From: Bacteriovoracia bacterium
GTDB lineage: Bacteria; Bdellovibrionota; UBA1018; CAIPTA01
Direction of reading: 5' to 3'
Assembly: GCA_050246755.1 (NCBI GenBank)
Contig: JBFWVL010000002.1
Location: forward strand, 198,928 to 262,927
Length of the DNA: 64,000 nucleotides
Shown here: positions 36,756 through 45,699 of the stretch, in pieces
How the letters are laid out: every line of letters begins with the position of its first letter
Position numbering within the stretch: the stretch's first letter is position 1
The notes under the pieces: model-generated
The model's database searches: none
Told to the model about the DNA's origin: nothing
The model's input: only the letters and a program-made list of their open reading frames with translations
Translations under genes and position numbers: made by a program

Positions 36756-39700
36756 ATGAAAATTAGGCAAATTACTGAAGTTACTAAGTTTGTTATGAAA
36801 AATGCCAAGCGTTTTTCGATTTTAGTGATTTTGGCTTTTTTGGGTTTGGGGGCCATATCCGCCTTATCACTCTCTAAGCTCAAGACCGAATACTCCATGC
36901 GTCAGTTCTTGCCGCCCCACCATAAACTGATGGAGACCGACGACGCCCTCAAGGCTCGTTTCCAGCTTCCCGACCTCGAGCCCTTCTTCGCCCTCATTAG
37001 TATTCCTGAAAAAGAGACCGGCAACTGGTTCCAGCCCGAACGCATGGCCAAGCTCAAAGAAATTACCGAGGGCCTCAATAAGTATGAGGGCGTGAGCCGT
37101 GCCATCAGCTTAGCCACGATCGAGGGAGCCTCGTCGAGCCCGGAAGGAATCACCGTGGGGCGTCTGCTCGATCTCACGCCCGCGAAGGATTGGGAAAATC
37201 GCGTGCTTAAAGATCCTATCCTCAGTCCGCACCTGATCACCGCCGACGGCCGCACCGCCGTACTCGCCATGGTCAACCAAGTGGGCCTCACGCAGAAAGC
37301 CAGCACCGCAATTCAGGACGAAACCCGCGTGCGTATCCAGGCCGCCTTTCCTGGCTACCAGCTTCGCCTCGGGGGCATTCCCGTGGTGCAAACCGAAATG
37401 AGCCAAATTCTCGGCAAAGAACTAAAAAATTTCCTCGTGCTCTCGCTGCTCGCCAGCCTTTTCACCCTCATGCTTTTCTTCCGTTCTTTCTCGAGCGTGC
37501 TGATCCCGCTTATCCTATTGTTACTCGCGAACTTCATCAGCTTGGCTTGGATGGCGTGGACGGGCACCGCCTTCACCGTACTTTCGAGTACGCTGCCCGT
37601 GCTCGTGGCGCTCACGGTAGTTTCGATGAGCGCGCACACGATGCTGCGCTACGCTTCGGACTGGCAGCTCGCGCTCCGCTCCCAAGAGAACCCGAACCCG
37701 ATCCGCGTGCTTTTCCATTCCTACGCCGGACTGCTATTGCCGAACTTCCTCACGGCCGTAACCACCTCCATCGGATTTTTCGCGATCGCCTTCGCTAATA
37801 TTCCCCTTGTGCGCCAATACGGGATCACCGTGGGGATTTCCATTTTCGTTTGCTGGTTCACCGTGATCGGCGCCTTGCTCCCGCTGCTCGTTCTCTTTCC
37901 CGTGCCCCAGGTGCGCGACTGGACCGAAAAGCGCGCCAGCTGGGCCCTCTGGATTACCGCTCACAGCCGAAAAGTGGTTTTCGCCGTGGTGGCTCTCAGC
38001 GCAGTTTGCTTATTTTTCGGGCGTCAGCTCAACTGGTCGGCGCAGTTATTCGACGATCTTCCCAAGGGCCACGAGGCCCGCGCCACCACCGAGTTCGTGG
38101 ATTCCCATCTTGGCGGCATGATTCCCCTCGATATCGTGGTGGAGCGCGATGAGGAAAATGCCTGGAACGATCCCTCGGCTCTCGCTAGATTCGATGAGCT
38201 CGCTAATGATTGGCGCAAGCATCCCGCCGTTGGCTCCGTGACCGGCCCGCAGGATTTCATTCGCGTGGCCGGTAAAGTGCAGGGGCGGGGCCTCGCTTCC
38301 ACCCGTCAAGAGGCCGCTGAGTACGCGTTCCTCTACGGATTCGCCGCCGATAATCCTTATAAGCAATACGTAACGTCGGACGGCCGCGCCGCCCGCATCA
38401 ACTTGCGCTTGCATGATATCCCCGGCGATAAAATGGCCTTGGTGGTGCAGCAGCTCACCGAGCAAACCCAGGCGAAATTCCCCGGCTGGAAGGTAACGCC
38501 CGGCGCGATGGCCACCACCGTGCATGTGCTCAATAACGAACTTTGCCGCGAATTGATCTGGGGTTTCTGGCAAGCCTTGCTCTTAATCGCCGTCGTTCTT
38601 GCTTGTGTATTCCGCTCCGTGCGCTGGACGATCGCGGCGGTACTGCCGAACTTGGTTCCCGCGTTCTTACTTCTTGGCGCGCTGTACCTAGGCGCTACGC
38701 CGATTAAGCCTGGCATCGCCCTGATCTTTTCGATCGCCCTCGGTATATCCTTCGACAATACCGTGTATCTCATGGGGCGTTTACGCCTTCTGCGGGACCG
38801 CTCCGCCACGAAAAAAATCATGGTCGCCAAAGCCTGGTACCAAGAAGGCAATCTCTGTCTCTTTTCCTCGCTCGCGTTGTCTTCCGGTTTTCTTGTATTC
38901 TTGGCCTCGTTCTTCTCGCTCAATCAGCAGTTCGGTATGTATATGCTCATCGCCATCCTGGGATCCCTCGTCGGAGATCTCGTGCTCATGCCCGCAATGC
39001 TTGCGGCCTTCCCCCGGATGCTGGAGAATAGAGCCAAACCCGAACTTCAAAAGGAGAATGATATGTCTGAGAGAGCGATCGCCGCCGGTATTGCACTGGC
39101 ATTTTTCACCAGCAGTTTCGCCTACGCTGCGGTGGATTTGAAAGACGCGAAGTCCATTCTGAAAAACGTAGAGAAAAATATGTCGGCTACCGACGAAGTG
39201 GCCAACGTGAAGATGACCATCACCGAAGCCGACGGCACGAAAAAAGATCGTGGCCTGCAGATCAGCCGCAAGGGCAAAGACGCAGACCAAAAAGTAATGG
39301 TGCGCATGAACGCTCCCGCCGATCTAAAGGGCACCGCGCTGCTCTCCGTTTCGAAGGGCAAATCCAGTGACCAGTGGCTCTATTTGCCCTCGAGCAAGCA
39401 GACGCGCCGGATCCAGAGCGGTAACCGCAGCGGCGGTTTCATGGACTCCGAGATGAGCTACGAAGACATGGGCACCAACGCCGACGCGAAATTCGAGAGT
39501 AAAGTTCTACCCGAAGAGACGATCGCCGGCCGCAAGTACTCCGTGATCGAGAGTATTCCGAAGGGCGAGAGCTCTTACGGCAAAGTGGTGACCTGGGTAG
39601 ACCAGGGAACGTACCTCGTGGGCAAGATGCAATACTTCGACAAGTCGATGAAGCCGCTCAAGGTGACGAACTTCACGGGTTACAAGCAATACGACAAGGG

Positions 39701-39839
39701 AGTATGGCGCGCGCAAAAAGTGCAGGTGCAGAATCTGCAAAATAAACGCGGCACCACCCTCGAGCTTTCCGACCTGAAACTTAACAAAGGCCTCGACGAC
39801 GCCGAATTCACCGAGAGCGCCCTCACCGAAGGCGATTGA
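36756..39839 (+). CDS. MMPL/RND-superfamily transporter fused in-frame to a C-terminal LolA-like outer-membrane lipoprotein-sorting-type domain
   Basis: Two 6-TM bundles with large periplasmic loops (residues 1-~770). From 39063 an internal MSERAIAAGIALAFFTSSFAYAA signal-like segment is preceded by AAGGAG, followed by a ~250-aa beta-rich domain. Confidence 0.65.
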   Translation: MKIRQITEVTKFVMKNAKRFSILVILAFLGLGAISALSLSKLKTEYSMRQFLPPHHKLMETDDALKARFQLPDLEPFFALISIPEKETGNWFQPERMAKLKEITEGLNKYEGVSRAISLATIEGASSSPEGITVGRLLDLTPAKDWENRVLKDPILSPHLITADGRTAVLAMVNQVGLTQKASTAIQDETRVRIQAAFPGYQLRLGGIPVVQTEMSQILGKELKNFLVLSLLASLFTLMLFFRSFSSVLIPLILLLLANFISLAWMAWTGTAFTVLSSTLPVLVALTVVSMSAHTMLRYASDWQLALRSQENPNPIRVLFHSYAGLLLPNFLTAVTTSIGFFAIAFANIPLVRQYGITVGISIFVCWFTVIGALLPLLVLFPVPQVRDWTEKRASWALWITAHSRKVVFAVVALSAVCLFFGRQLNWSAQLFDDLPKGHEARATTEFVDSHLGGMIPLDIVVERDEENAWNDPSALARFDELANDWRKHPAVGSVTGPQDFIRVAGKVQGRGLASTRQEAAEYAFLYGFAADNPYKQYVTSDGRAARINLRLHDIPGDKMALVVQQLTEQTQAKFPGWKVTPGAMATTVHVLNNELCRELIWGFWQALLLIAVVLACVFRSVRWTIAAVLPNLVPAFLLLGALYLGATPIKPGIALIFSIALGISFDNTVYLMGRLRLLRDRSATKKIMVAKAWYQEGNLCLFSSLALSSGFLVFLASFFSLNQQFGMYMLIAILGSLVGDLVLMPAMLAAFPRMLENRAKPELQKENDMSERAIAAGIALAFFTSSFAYAAVDLKDAKSILKNVEKNMSATDEVANVKMTITEADGTKKDRGLQISRKGKDADQKVMVRMNAPADLKGTALLSVSKGKSSDQWLYLPSSKQTRRIQSGNRSGGFMDSEMSYEDMGTNADAKFESKVLPEETIAGRKYSVIESIPKGESSYGKVVTWVDQGTYLVGKMQYFDKSMKPLKVTNFTGYKQYDKGVWRAQKVQVQNLQNKRGTTLELSDLKLNKGLDDAEFTESALTEGD

Positions 39840-39860
39840 TCTCTAGTTTGTGTTCTTAAG

Positions 39861-39896
39861 AGCCGGTCACCTATAAGGGTGGTCGGCTTTTTTGTG
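39861..39896 (+). terminator. Rho-independent terminator after the MMPL gene
   Basis: 10-bp stem (two G-U pairs) AGCCGGTCACC...GGTGGTCGGCT followed by TTTTTT. Confidence 0.45.
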
Positions 39897-39933
39897 CCTG
39901 TTTTGCACGCGCATGCTGCCGCCCCGTCCGCTG

Positions 39934-40113
39934 GAATACCTCTGCCCCGGAGAGTGCCTTCGCTTTTGCGAATACCTCTGCCCCGCGCCAGCAACTCTGC
40001 TCCTTAAAATACCTCTGCCCGGTGTGGGGGCAATCACCATCGTGTCAGATTTTCGTACGCGCCCACGTCTGCATACCGAACACCGCTCTCCTAAAATACC
40101 TCTGCCCCAGAGG
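39934..40113 (+). repeat. Cluster of four REP-like palindromic repeats (core AATACCTCTGCCCC)
   Basis: Copies at 39934-39948, 39970-39984, 40007-40020 and 40094-40113, each able to form a short hairpin (e.g. CCTCTG...CAGAGG). Confidence 0.6.
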
Positions 40114-40159
40114 CTTTACCCCACGCGGAAATGGCATGCTTCCCGCTCGGCCCGCCCGC

Positions 40160-40678
40160 ATGAAATTCCAAGTACGTAAATGGAGTCCGCTCGAACACGG
40201 AGGTATCGTACGCAAGGGCCAGCGGAAACGCCGCCGCTATATGGATGTGAGTCGAACCCTGCACTTGGTGATGCGTTCTACTAAGGCCAGGGGCCACCGC
40301 AGTTTTATTAACCCGCGCAATAAGGGCGTGATCCATCTGCTGCTCATCGATACGGCCAATCGCTACGAGATAAAAATCTATAACTACGTGAACGTTGGCA
40401 ACCATCTGCACCTTCACGTGCGCGGATGGAAACGCAAAAATCTCCAGGCATTCTTGAAAGTATTCCCGCAAAGAGTGATGTTCCACGTAACGGGCGCACG
40501 CAAGGGTCGCCCGCGCGGCAAGTTTTTCGATGAGATCGTCTATTCGCGCGTGGTGAACTGGGGCGGCGATTTCAAGCGCGTGAAAGAATATTTTTGGAAG
40601 AACACGCTCGAGGCGCTGGGATTCAGTCACGCCACGATCGTGAAGTGGCGCAGGGCCGCGCGGATAGTGCCGCCCTAA
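40160..40678 (+). CDS. IS200/IS605-like HuH tyrosine transposase, likely REP-associated (RAYT)
   Basis: HuH motif GNHLHLHV, N-terminal LHLVMRS segment, size ~170 aa. REP cluster immediately upstream. Start uncertain (alternative MDVS at 40241). Confidence 0.55.
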   Translation: MKFQVRKWSPLEHGGIVRKGQRKRRRYMDVSRTLHLVMRSTKARGHRSFINPRNKGVIHLLLIDTANRYEIKIYNYVNVGNHLHLHVRGWKRKNLQAFLKVFPQRVMFHVTGARKGRPRGKFFDEIVYSRVVNWGGDFKRVKEYFWKNTLEALGFSHATIVKWRRAARIVPP

Positions 40679-41481
40679 CGGACCAGCGGAAAGAAATCGA
40701 AGCTATATACGTAGGCCGTTTCTTCGGGAGACTTAGCGATCACGTCTTGGTTCTTTTTTAGATTTTCCAGCAGGGAAACTTTCACGCGCTCGGCATCTTC
40801 CCGTGAAAGGCTCACGCAGGCCGAGTAGTGCATGTCGTTGGTGCCCGCCGAGTCCATCGACTGAATTGAAAATAGCCGCCAGTTGCTGTGCAGGTTCTTG
40901 ATCAGCGGATCGGTGGCGGGTAGGTGCACGTGGCTCGGGCCGGCGGAGTAGTGGGTGCCCTTAAGCTTGAGGATCCCGCAACCCACGAGGAAATCCAATT
41001 TCTCGTCGAGTTCGGCCGGATGCACGCGCAGGGCCTGGCTGAGCGCGAGTTTGGTCTGAAAAGACGGGATCGAGCAGAGTACGTGAATTGCGGCGTAGAG
41101 GTGGCTCGAGTGGAATCGCGCGGTGTCGCTCGCGGAAATACCGGTAGAGGGCCGCACTACTTTTGAGGGCGTAAGTTTCTGCGCGCGTTTAGCGGCGAGT
41201 AGAGTTTGAAATCGCTGGCGGGCTTTTGAGGAGCGGGCGCGGTCGCGGCAGACTAGGAGCGCGAAGTACTCGGCCTCGTCCTCGTCGTGACGAAGAAAAT
41301 CATTCATGAGCTCGGCCTGTTCGGTGCTAAGGTCGGCTTTTCCCGAAAGAATTTGCGATAAATAGGTAGTGTGAACGGCCAAAGCGCGGGCCGCATCGGC
41401 GCGCATGCCCGAGCGATGACCCTGCTCGTCAAATCGTAACTTAAGGTAATCGCGGTAGTTTTGGGATTCGTAGATTTTCAT
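40675..41481 (-). CDS. TIGR02147-family protein (N-terminal HTH; Bdellovibrio/Fibrobacter paralogous family)
   Basis: MKIYESQNYRDYLKLRFDE... N-terminus and overall length/architecture match TIGR02147. HTH at ALAVHTTYLSQILSGK. Confidence 0.5.
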   Translation of the reverse strand: MKIYESQNYRDYLKLRFDEQGHRSGMRADAARALAVHTTYLSQILSGKADLSTEQAELMNDFLRHDEDEAEYFALLVCRDRARSSKARQRFQTLLAAKRAQKLTPSKVVRPSTGISASDTARFHSSHLYAAIHVLCSIPSFQTKLALSQALRVHPAELDEKLDFLVGCGILKLKGTHYSAGPSHVHLPATDPLIKNLHSNWRLFSIQSMDSAGTNDMHYSACVSLSREDAERVKVSLLENLKKNQDVIAKSPEETAYVYSFDFFPLVR

Positions 41482-41580
41482 ACCTGTGCCCTCGAGGTGT
41501 AGAGTTATTCTCTTATTTCAACCTGATGATTTAGTAAAATAATCTTTTCGCGCTTGTGGCCTGCACGTATAAACAGTCTC

Positions 41581-42618
41581 ATGATGAAACTCATTTTGGT
41601 TTTGGGAATTTTCGGCGCGCTCCACGCACAGGCCGGCGTGATCAACGGCGGCGGGGGCAAAGGTATTCTCTGCGTGAACCCCGACGGCAGCCGCACGGTG
41701 GAGAGCCTCGATCGCTACGAAGCGAGGATCGTTTGGCGCTACTCGGTGCCCGAGAGCAAGGATTTCGACGCCGAGTTTTTGCGGATGATGTCGAGGGCCC
41801 ACTATGCTTTCAATGGGAACGCCCACCAAGCGCCCGGTCCTTATTCGGCCAAAGAGCACGAAGAATTTTTGTTGCTGCTCAAGGTATTCCAGGCCCAAAT
41901 GAATTTTCTTCCAGTAGGCACTCACCTCAAACCCACCGATGACGCCGGGGAAGTGGTGATTCCGCCCGCAAACTGCGCCATCACGCAGGTGATCCATTAC
42001 CTCGATGAAACCGAACGTACCGGGCAGATCCTGGTAGACAAAGAATACTGGGACCTTCTCTCCCCGCAGGATCAAGTCGGTTTTTTCATGCATGAAGTGG
42101 TTTACAAAGATTTTCGCACTTCCGGCGAAACTTCCTCTCTGCGCACCCGTAAACTAGTGGGCCGTTTGCTTTCCAGCGAGGTGTATCCAAATCCTTATTC
42201 TCCACTCTGGGGAGCGCCCAAGATGCTGCATTGCCTGGGCAAGATGGACGATTATGGATGGGGAACTTCCAGCGGGCTGGATTTTTACGTAGTTCCTGCT
42301 GTGGATAAGCCGGGCCGCAATGCGGCTTTGCTCGTGTTCACTACCATCGGCGACGACGGCATGATGGCCGCCACCACGGCGCTCAGTCCTTTCGAGTACG
42401 AAAGCTTTACTGGTGATCCGCAGTACGCCAGTTACGGGTCGGCCAGCTTGTCGGTGAATTCATTTTATGGTCCGCGCAGCCTGGTGCTCAGGATGGGGGG
42501 AGAAGGAGCTGGCTCTCCGCCGCCGCAGCCTTCCCTGCGGAAGATGTTTATGCGCTTCGATCGTAAAGGACAAACCCAGGAAACGGAGTTTTCCTGCCAA
42601 CCCGAGGAGAGACAATGA
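41581..42618 (+). CDS. Secreted hypothetical protein
   Basis: Start at MMKLILVLGIFGALHAQA (signal peptide). Confidence 0.45.
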   Translation: MMKLILVLGIFGALHAQAGVINGGGGKGILCVNPDGSRTVESLDRYEARIVWRYSVPESKDFDAEFLRMMSRAHYAFNGNAHQAPGPYSAKEHEEFLLLLKVFQAQMNFLPVGTHLKPTDDAGEVVIPPANCAITQVIHYLDETERTGQILVDKEYWDLLSPQDQVGFFMHEVVYKDFRTSGETSSLRTRKLVGRLLSSEVYPNPYSPLWGAPKMLHCLGKMDDYGWGTSSGLDFYVVPAVDKPGRNAALLVFTTIGDDGMMAATTALSPFEYESFTGDPQYASYGSASLSVNSFYGPRSLVLRMGGEGAGSPPPQPSLRKMFMRFDRKGQTQETEFSCQPEERQ

Positions 42619-42998
42619 AGTACTTGCTCATCGCCATGCTGTTCGCCAATACCGTTTTCGCCGCCGATAATTGCGGTCCGCAGGAAGGAAAATTCGGCTG
42701 GGAAAAAGCCGTGAAAGTAGGGGACGTAGTCACCTTCTTCAACCCGCGTCTCAATCTCGACGGGGTGAATCTCATCCCGATCGCTTTCGACGACGGCGTG
42801 ACCGAGTCCTTTTCGAACGGCGTTTGCAAAGCCCTCGGCAAGAAGACGGGTACCGTAGGCCAGATTACTCGAGCGTACGAGCTGGAAACCACACTCGCGG
42901 TTTTCATCGATGCGGCGGGCCGCGTGGCGTATATGCATGAAATTGGAAGAAATTCTGGATCCTATACTGGAATCGTAAACTCGATTTCCTGCCGCTAG
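42615..42998 (+). CDS. Small secreted hypothetical protein
   Basis: ATGA overlap with the upstream gene. Signal peptide MKYLLIAMLFANTVFA. Confidence 0.4.
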   Translation: MKYLLIAMLFANTVFAADNCGPQEGKFGWEKAVKVGDVVTFFNPRLNLDGVNLIPIAFDDGVTESFSNGVCKALGKKTGTVGQITRAYELETTLAVFIDAAGRVAYMHEIGRNSGSYTGIVNSISCR

Positions 42999-43030
42999 TC
43001 ATTACATAAAATTTAAGGAGAACGATAACC

Positions 43031-43510
43031 ATGAAATTTCATGCAACGGCACTGCTTTGCCTAGTCCTAACTGCCTGTGGAGCGGAGGAGCCTAGAGACC
43101 AAGAAATAAGCACCGATACTGCCACTATCACCGAGAACCTCGTTGCGGCACCGATGCCCGGCGATGGACGGCTAAACCAGACAGAGTTTAAGTCGCTCCA
43201 TTGCGTGGCGCTTGTGAGTTCCTCGAATAACCCGGCGCGGGTTTTGGCGAGCGTGAAGTGCGATGGGTTCGGCGTCGTAAGCGGGGACTACGTGCTCGAA
43301 TGCCAAGACAACAGGCTCTGCGTTCAGCGGCAATCCGTGCACGGAGGGCAGACAGAAGCGGTTTTTTCCGAAAATTTCATGCAGATGATCCTGACGATTT
43401 CCGACTCGAATGGAAAGAAAGTTTATAGTGATAACTTCGTTTGCGAGAAGGGTTGTGCGCTGGAATTTCAGCCGCCTTCGTTCGAGAAAGGCACTCAGCC
43501 ACGGCCCTAA
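43031..43510 (+). CDS. Lipoprotein of unknown function
   Basis: Lipobox LTAC. Six Cys in the mature part. Confidence 0.45.
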   Translation: MKFHATALLCLVLTACGAEEPRDQEISTDTATITENLVAAPMPGDGRLNQTEFKSLHCVALVSSSNNPARVLASVKCDGFGVVSGDYVLECQDNRLCVQRQSVHGGQTEAVFSENFMQMILTISDSNGKKVYSDNFVCEKGCALEFQPPSFEKGTQPRP

Positions 43511-44748
43511 AGATTGCGAAATGCCTCGGGCGTGCCCATGCCCCTGATTTCGTCGCCGGCCTTGGTGCTCCCATGGGTATGGAATTCCCGCCGCCGTTTT
43601 CGGTAAGAAACACTCACGCGCTCAAACAGCGAAATACCGTGCATTTCGGCCGGGGCAGGCGAAACCGCCGGCCCGCGCAGATCGCTCAGCGGGTTCATCG
43701 CGCCCGGCGAGATTTTTTCAATCGAAGCTAGGTGGCGCGCCCCTACGTCTACGGGCGCGGAAGCACCGAAGGCCTGCGCGTAGCCTTCCGAAATACCTCT
43801 GCCCCGAGGCGAGGGTGCTAGGGGAGTGGCCTCCCTAGTAGGCGCCAAAACCTGTGCCCCGGCTAGTAGGGCAGGTCCGCCGCTAGCGTTGAACCTAGTC
43901 GACTGGCCCGCACTCGTCACGGATACCTCTGCCCCAGAGGCGGGCGTCACGCGGCCCTCCAGCGCTTTCGCCACCACGGGGCCGGGGTCCGCGAGCGTTT
44001 CTTCGACGGCGTTGCGTTTGGTTCGATCCAGTTTTCCCACGAACGGTGATTCGTTCACGATCGCCGCAAACGGCTCGCCAGCAAAAGCACGCCGCATGAT
44101 CTCGCCGTTCTCGTAGCCAAGGTAGACGGATCCGTCGGGGAAGCGCTCCGATAATTCTTTCCACCCGAGCGCGTTCACCGCCGTGGACCTAGAAACCCCC
44201 GAACGGCTTTCTTCCGGCGCCAATGTGGGCACCATCACCGGGGCGCCGCTCGCCATTTCGGTGAGCCCAGTCATGGGAGAAACCAGCGCGTCGGTACGCG
44301 TTTTCGTAGAGTAGCAGCCCGTCATCGACGAAGCGTATTGGCTGCTGAACGCCATCCAGTCGGTCATCGTGAAGCCATCGGCGCCCCAGGAAGTGCATTC
44401 GCCCGCGCCGTCGCGGGTAAGGCAATTGGCGGCGTTCCGGAGGGCTTGGCTTAGTCCCACGCATTCCGGGCTTTTGGGAGAAGCCGCGCAAACGGAATCC
44501 GTGCGCCCGCCTACGTTCGTGCCCACGCAGCCTCCCATTACGTTGGAGCCCATCACGAAGGCATTGGCTTGGGTGGACTCGGAATCCACATCTTCTCTAT
44601 AGAGCTGGTTATTGTATTTCGTTACCTCGTACTCGTCGGAGCGTTTGGAATCGCCGGCGCCGGTCGTTTTACCGTTCTCGCCAACTAGATCGTTCGCGGC
44701 GAAGCCAAGGCCGGGGCAGAGGTATAAAATTAAGAAGAGGCGAATCAT
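43507..44748 (-). CDS. Secreted hypothetical protein, paralog A of a tandem pair, with REP copies in a C-terminal linker
   Basis: Signal-like N-terminus. Shares conserved blocks with the next gene (LSQALRNAANC / MQLALRNALRK, and SLFERVSVSY / TLFDRVSTVY). Confidence 0.45.
   Translation of the reverse strand: MIRLFLILYLCPGLGFAANDLVGENGKTTGAGDSKRSDEYEVTKYNNQLYREDVDSESTQANAFVMGSNVMGGCVGTNVGGRTDSVCAASPKSPECVGLSQALRNAANCLTRDGAGECTSWGADGFTMTDWMAFSSQYASSMTGCYSTKTRTDALVSPMTGLTEMASGAPVMVPTLAPEESRSGVSRSTAVNALGWKELSERFPDGSVYLGYENGEIMRRAFAGEPFAAIVNESPFVGKLDRTKRNAVEETLADPGPVVAKALEGRVTPASGAEVSVTSAGQSTRFNASGGPALLAGAQVLAPTREATPLAPSPRGRGISEGYAQAFGASAPVDVGARHLASIEKISPGAMNPLSDLRGPAVSPAPAEMHGISLFERVSVSYRKRRREFHTHGSTKAGDEIRGMGTPEAFRNL
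43790..43809 (+). repeat. REP-like repeat copy (inside paralog A coding sequence)
   Basis: GAAATACCTCTGCCCCGAGG. Confidence 0.55.
43921..43940 (+). repeat. REP-like repeat copy (inside paralog A coding sequence)
   Basis: GGATACCTCTGCCCCAGAGG. Perfect CCTCTG/CAGAGG hairpin. Confidence 0.55.
44711..44730 (-). repeat. REP-like repeat copy in inverted orientation at the 5' end of paralog A
   Basis: CCGGGGCAGAGGTATAAAAT is the reverse complement of the core. Confidence 0.5.
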
Positions 44749-45698
44749 AGTTCCGTGCCCCCGCGATTCACCAGCTCGCGCACATCTTTGGGCTCGGATT
44801 TTTTTGGCAGGCGCTTGATATAGTCTTCCATGCCCCGAAGGTTCGGCACCTGCCGCTGGTAGACGGTGCTCACCCGGTCAAAGAGCGTGAGGTCGAGGCC
44901 GAGGGAATAGGGATTGTGCTTGAGCGCGCGCACGAAGTTTCCGTTGCTTGCGGGCCTGGGCGATACCTCTGCCCCGGAAGAGGTGGCCGGTTCGCGATTA
45001 GCGGTGCTGCCAATGATGATCGCGCCGTAGCCGCTATCGGGTGCGCCCCAGCGCCGGGTACGCTTGCTAGCCGAAATACCTCTGCCCCCGAGGTGGGTGG
45101 TCTCGGCCAGCGCGTCGGCGGGGGTGTCCACCACGGGGTAGGGAGTTTTCGCGGCGAGCTCCATGGTGTCCTGCTCGTGGGCGGGAATCTGCGTCCACAT
45201 CGGCGAGGAGCTCAGTACGGACTCAAAACTTTCGCCCTCGAGGGTACGGCGCAGGATGCTTCCTTCGCGTAGTCCGAACGAGCTCGCGCCTTCTTCGAGG
45301 GAGGCCAGGAGGGCGCGGAAATTGGGATCGGCGAGCGCTTCCTGGGCACCGGAAGAATCGTTGTTGCCATACTGGTTGCGCACGCACTGGTGAAATACCG
45401 CGAGGTAACCCGCCGCAACCGATACCCACTGCGACTGCGTATTTTGGCGATACGCGTAGGCTAGGCAGGCCTCGCCGGCCCGCGCGCGGCACTGGTCTTT
45501 GCGGAGAGCATTGCGGAGGGCGAGCTGCATGCCCACGCAGGCATCGGCTTCGTGGTCGCTGGCGCAGTCGCCGTCGAAGCGGCCGCCGATCGCGGTTTCG
45601 ATGCAGGAGAGCGTGGGTTTGGCGCTCGCGCCGGAGCGCAGAGGTTTTGCCTCCGCCGCGGTAGTAGCCAGGAGCAGGATGAAAACGAAGCTGTTCAT
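44745..45698 (-). CDS. Secreted hypothetical protein, paralog B of the tandem pair, with REP copies in a C-terminal linker
   Basis: Signal peptide MNSFVFILLLATTAAEA. Homologous blocks with paralog A. Confidence 0.45.
   Translation of the reverse strand: MNSFVFILLLATTAAEAKPLRSGASAKPTLSCIETAIGGRFDGDCASDHEADACVGMQLALRNALRKDQCRARAGEACLAYAYRQNTQSQWVSVAAGYLAVFHQCVRNQYGNNDSSGAQEALADPNFRALLASLEEGASSFGLREGSILRRTLEGESFESVLSSSPMWTQIPAHEQDTMELAAKTPYPVVDTPADALAETTHLGGRGISASKRTRRWGAPDSGYGAIIIGSTANREPATSSGAEVSPRPASNGNFVRALKHNPYSLGLDLTLFDRVSTVYQRQVPNLRGMEDYIKRLPKKSEPKDVRELVNRGGTEL
44962..44983 (+). repeat. REP-like repeat copy (inside paralog B)
   Basis: GATACCTCTGCCCCGGAAGAGG. Confidence 0.55.
45073..45093 (+). 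repeat. REP-like repeat copy (inside paralog B)
   Basis: GAAATACCTCTGCCCCCGAGG. Confidence 0.55.
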
Positions 45699-45699
45699 C

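Noticed and set aside
41581-42618. HEVVY in the secreted protein as a zinc-metalloprotease HExxH motif
   Set aside because: The fifth residue is Tyr, not His, and no downstream third ligand pattern was seen.
39934-45093. REP-like repeats as a possible CRISPR array
   Set aside because: Spacing is irregular (22-80 nt in the cluster, then kilobases apart), copies vary in flank and orientation, and there are no cas genes. This is consistent with REP elements, not CRISPR.
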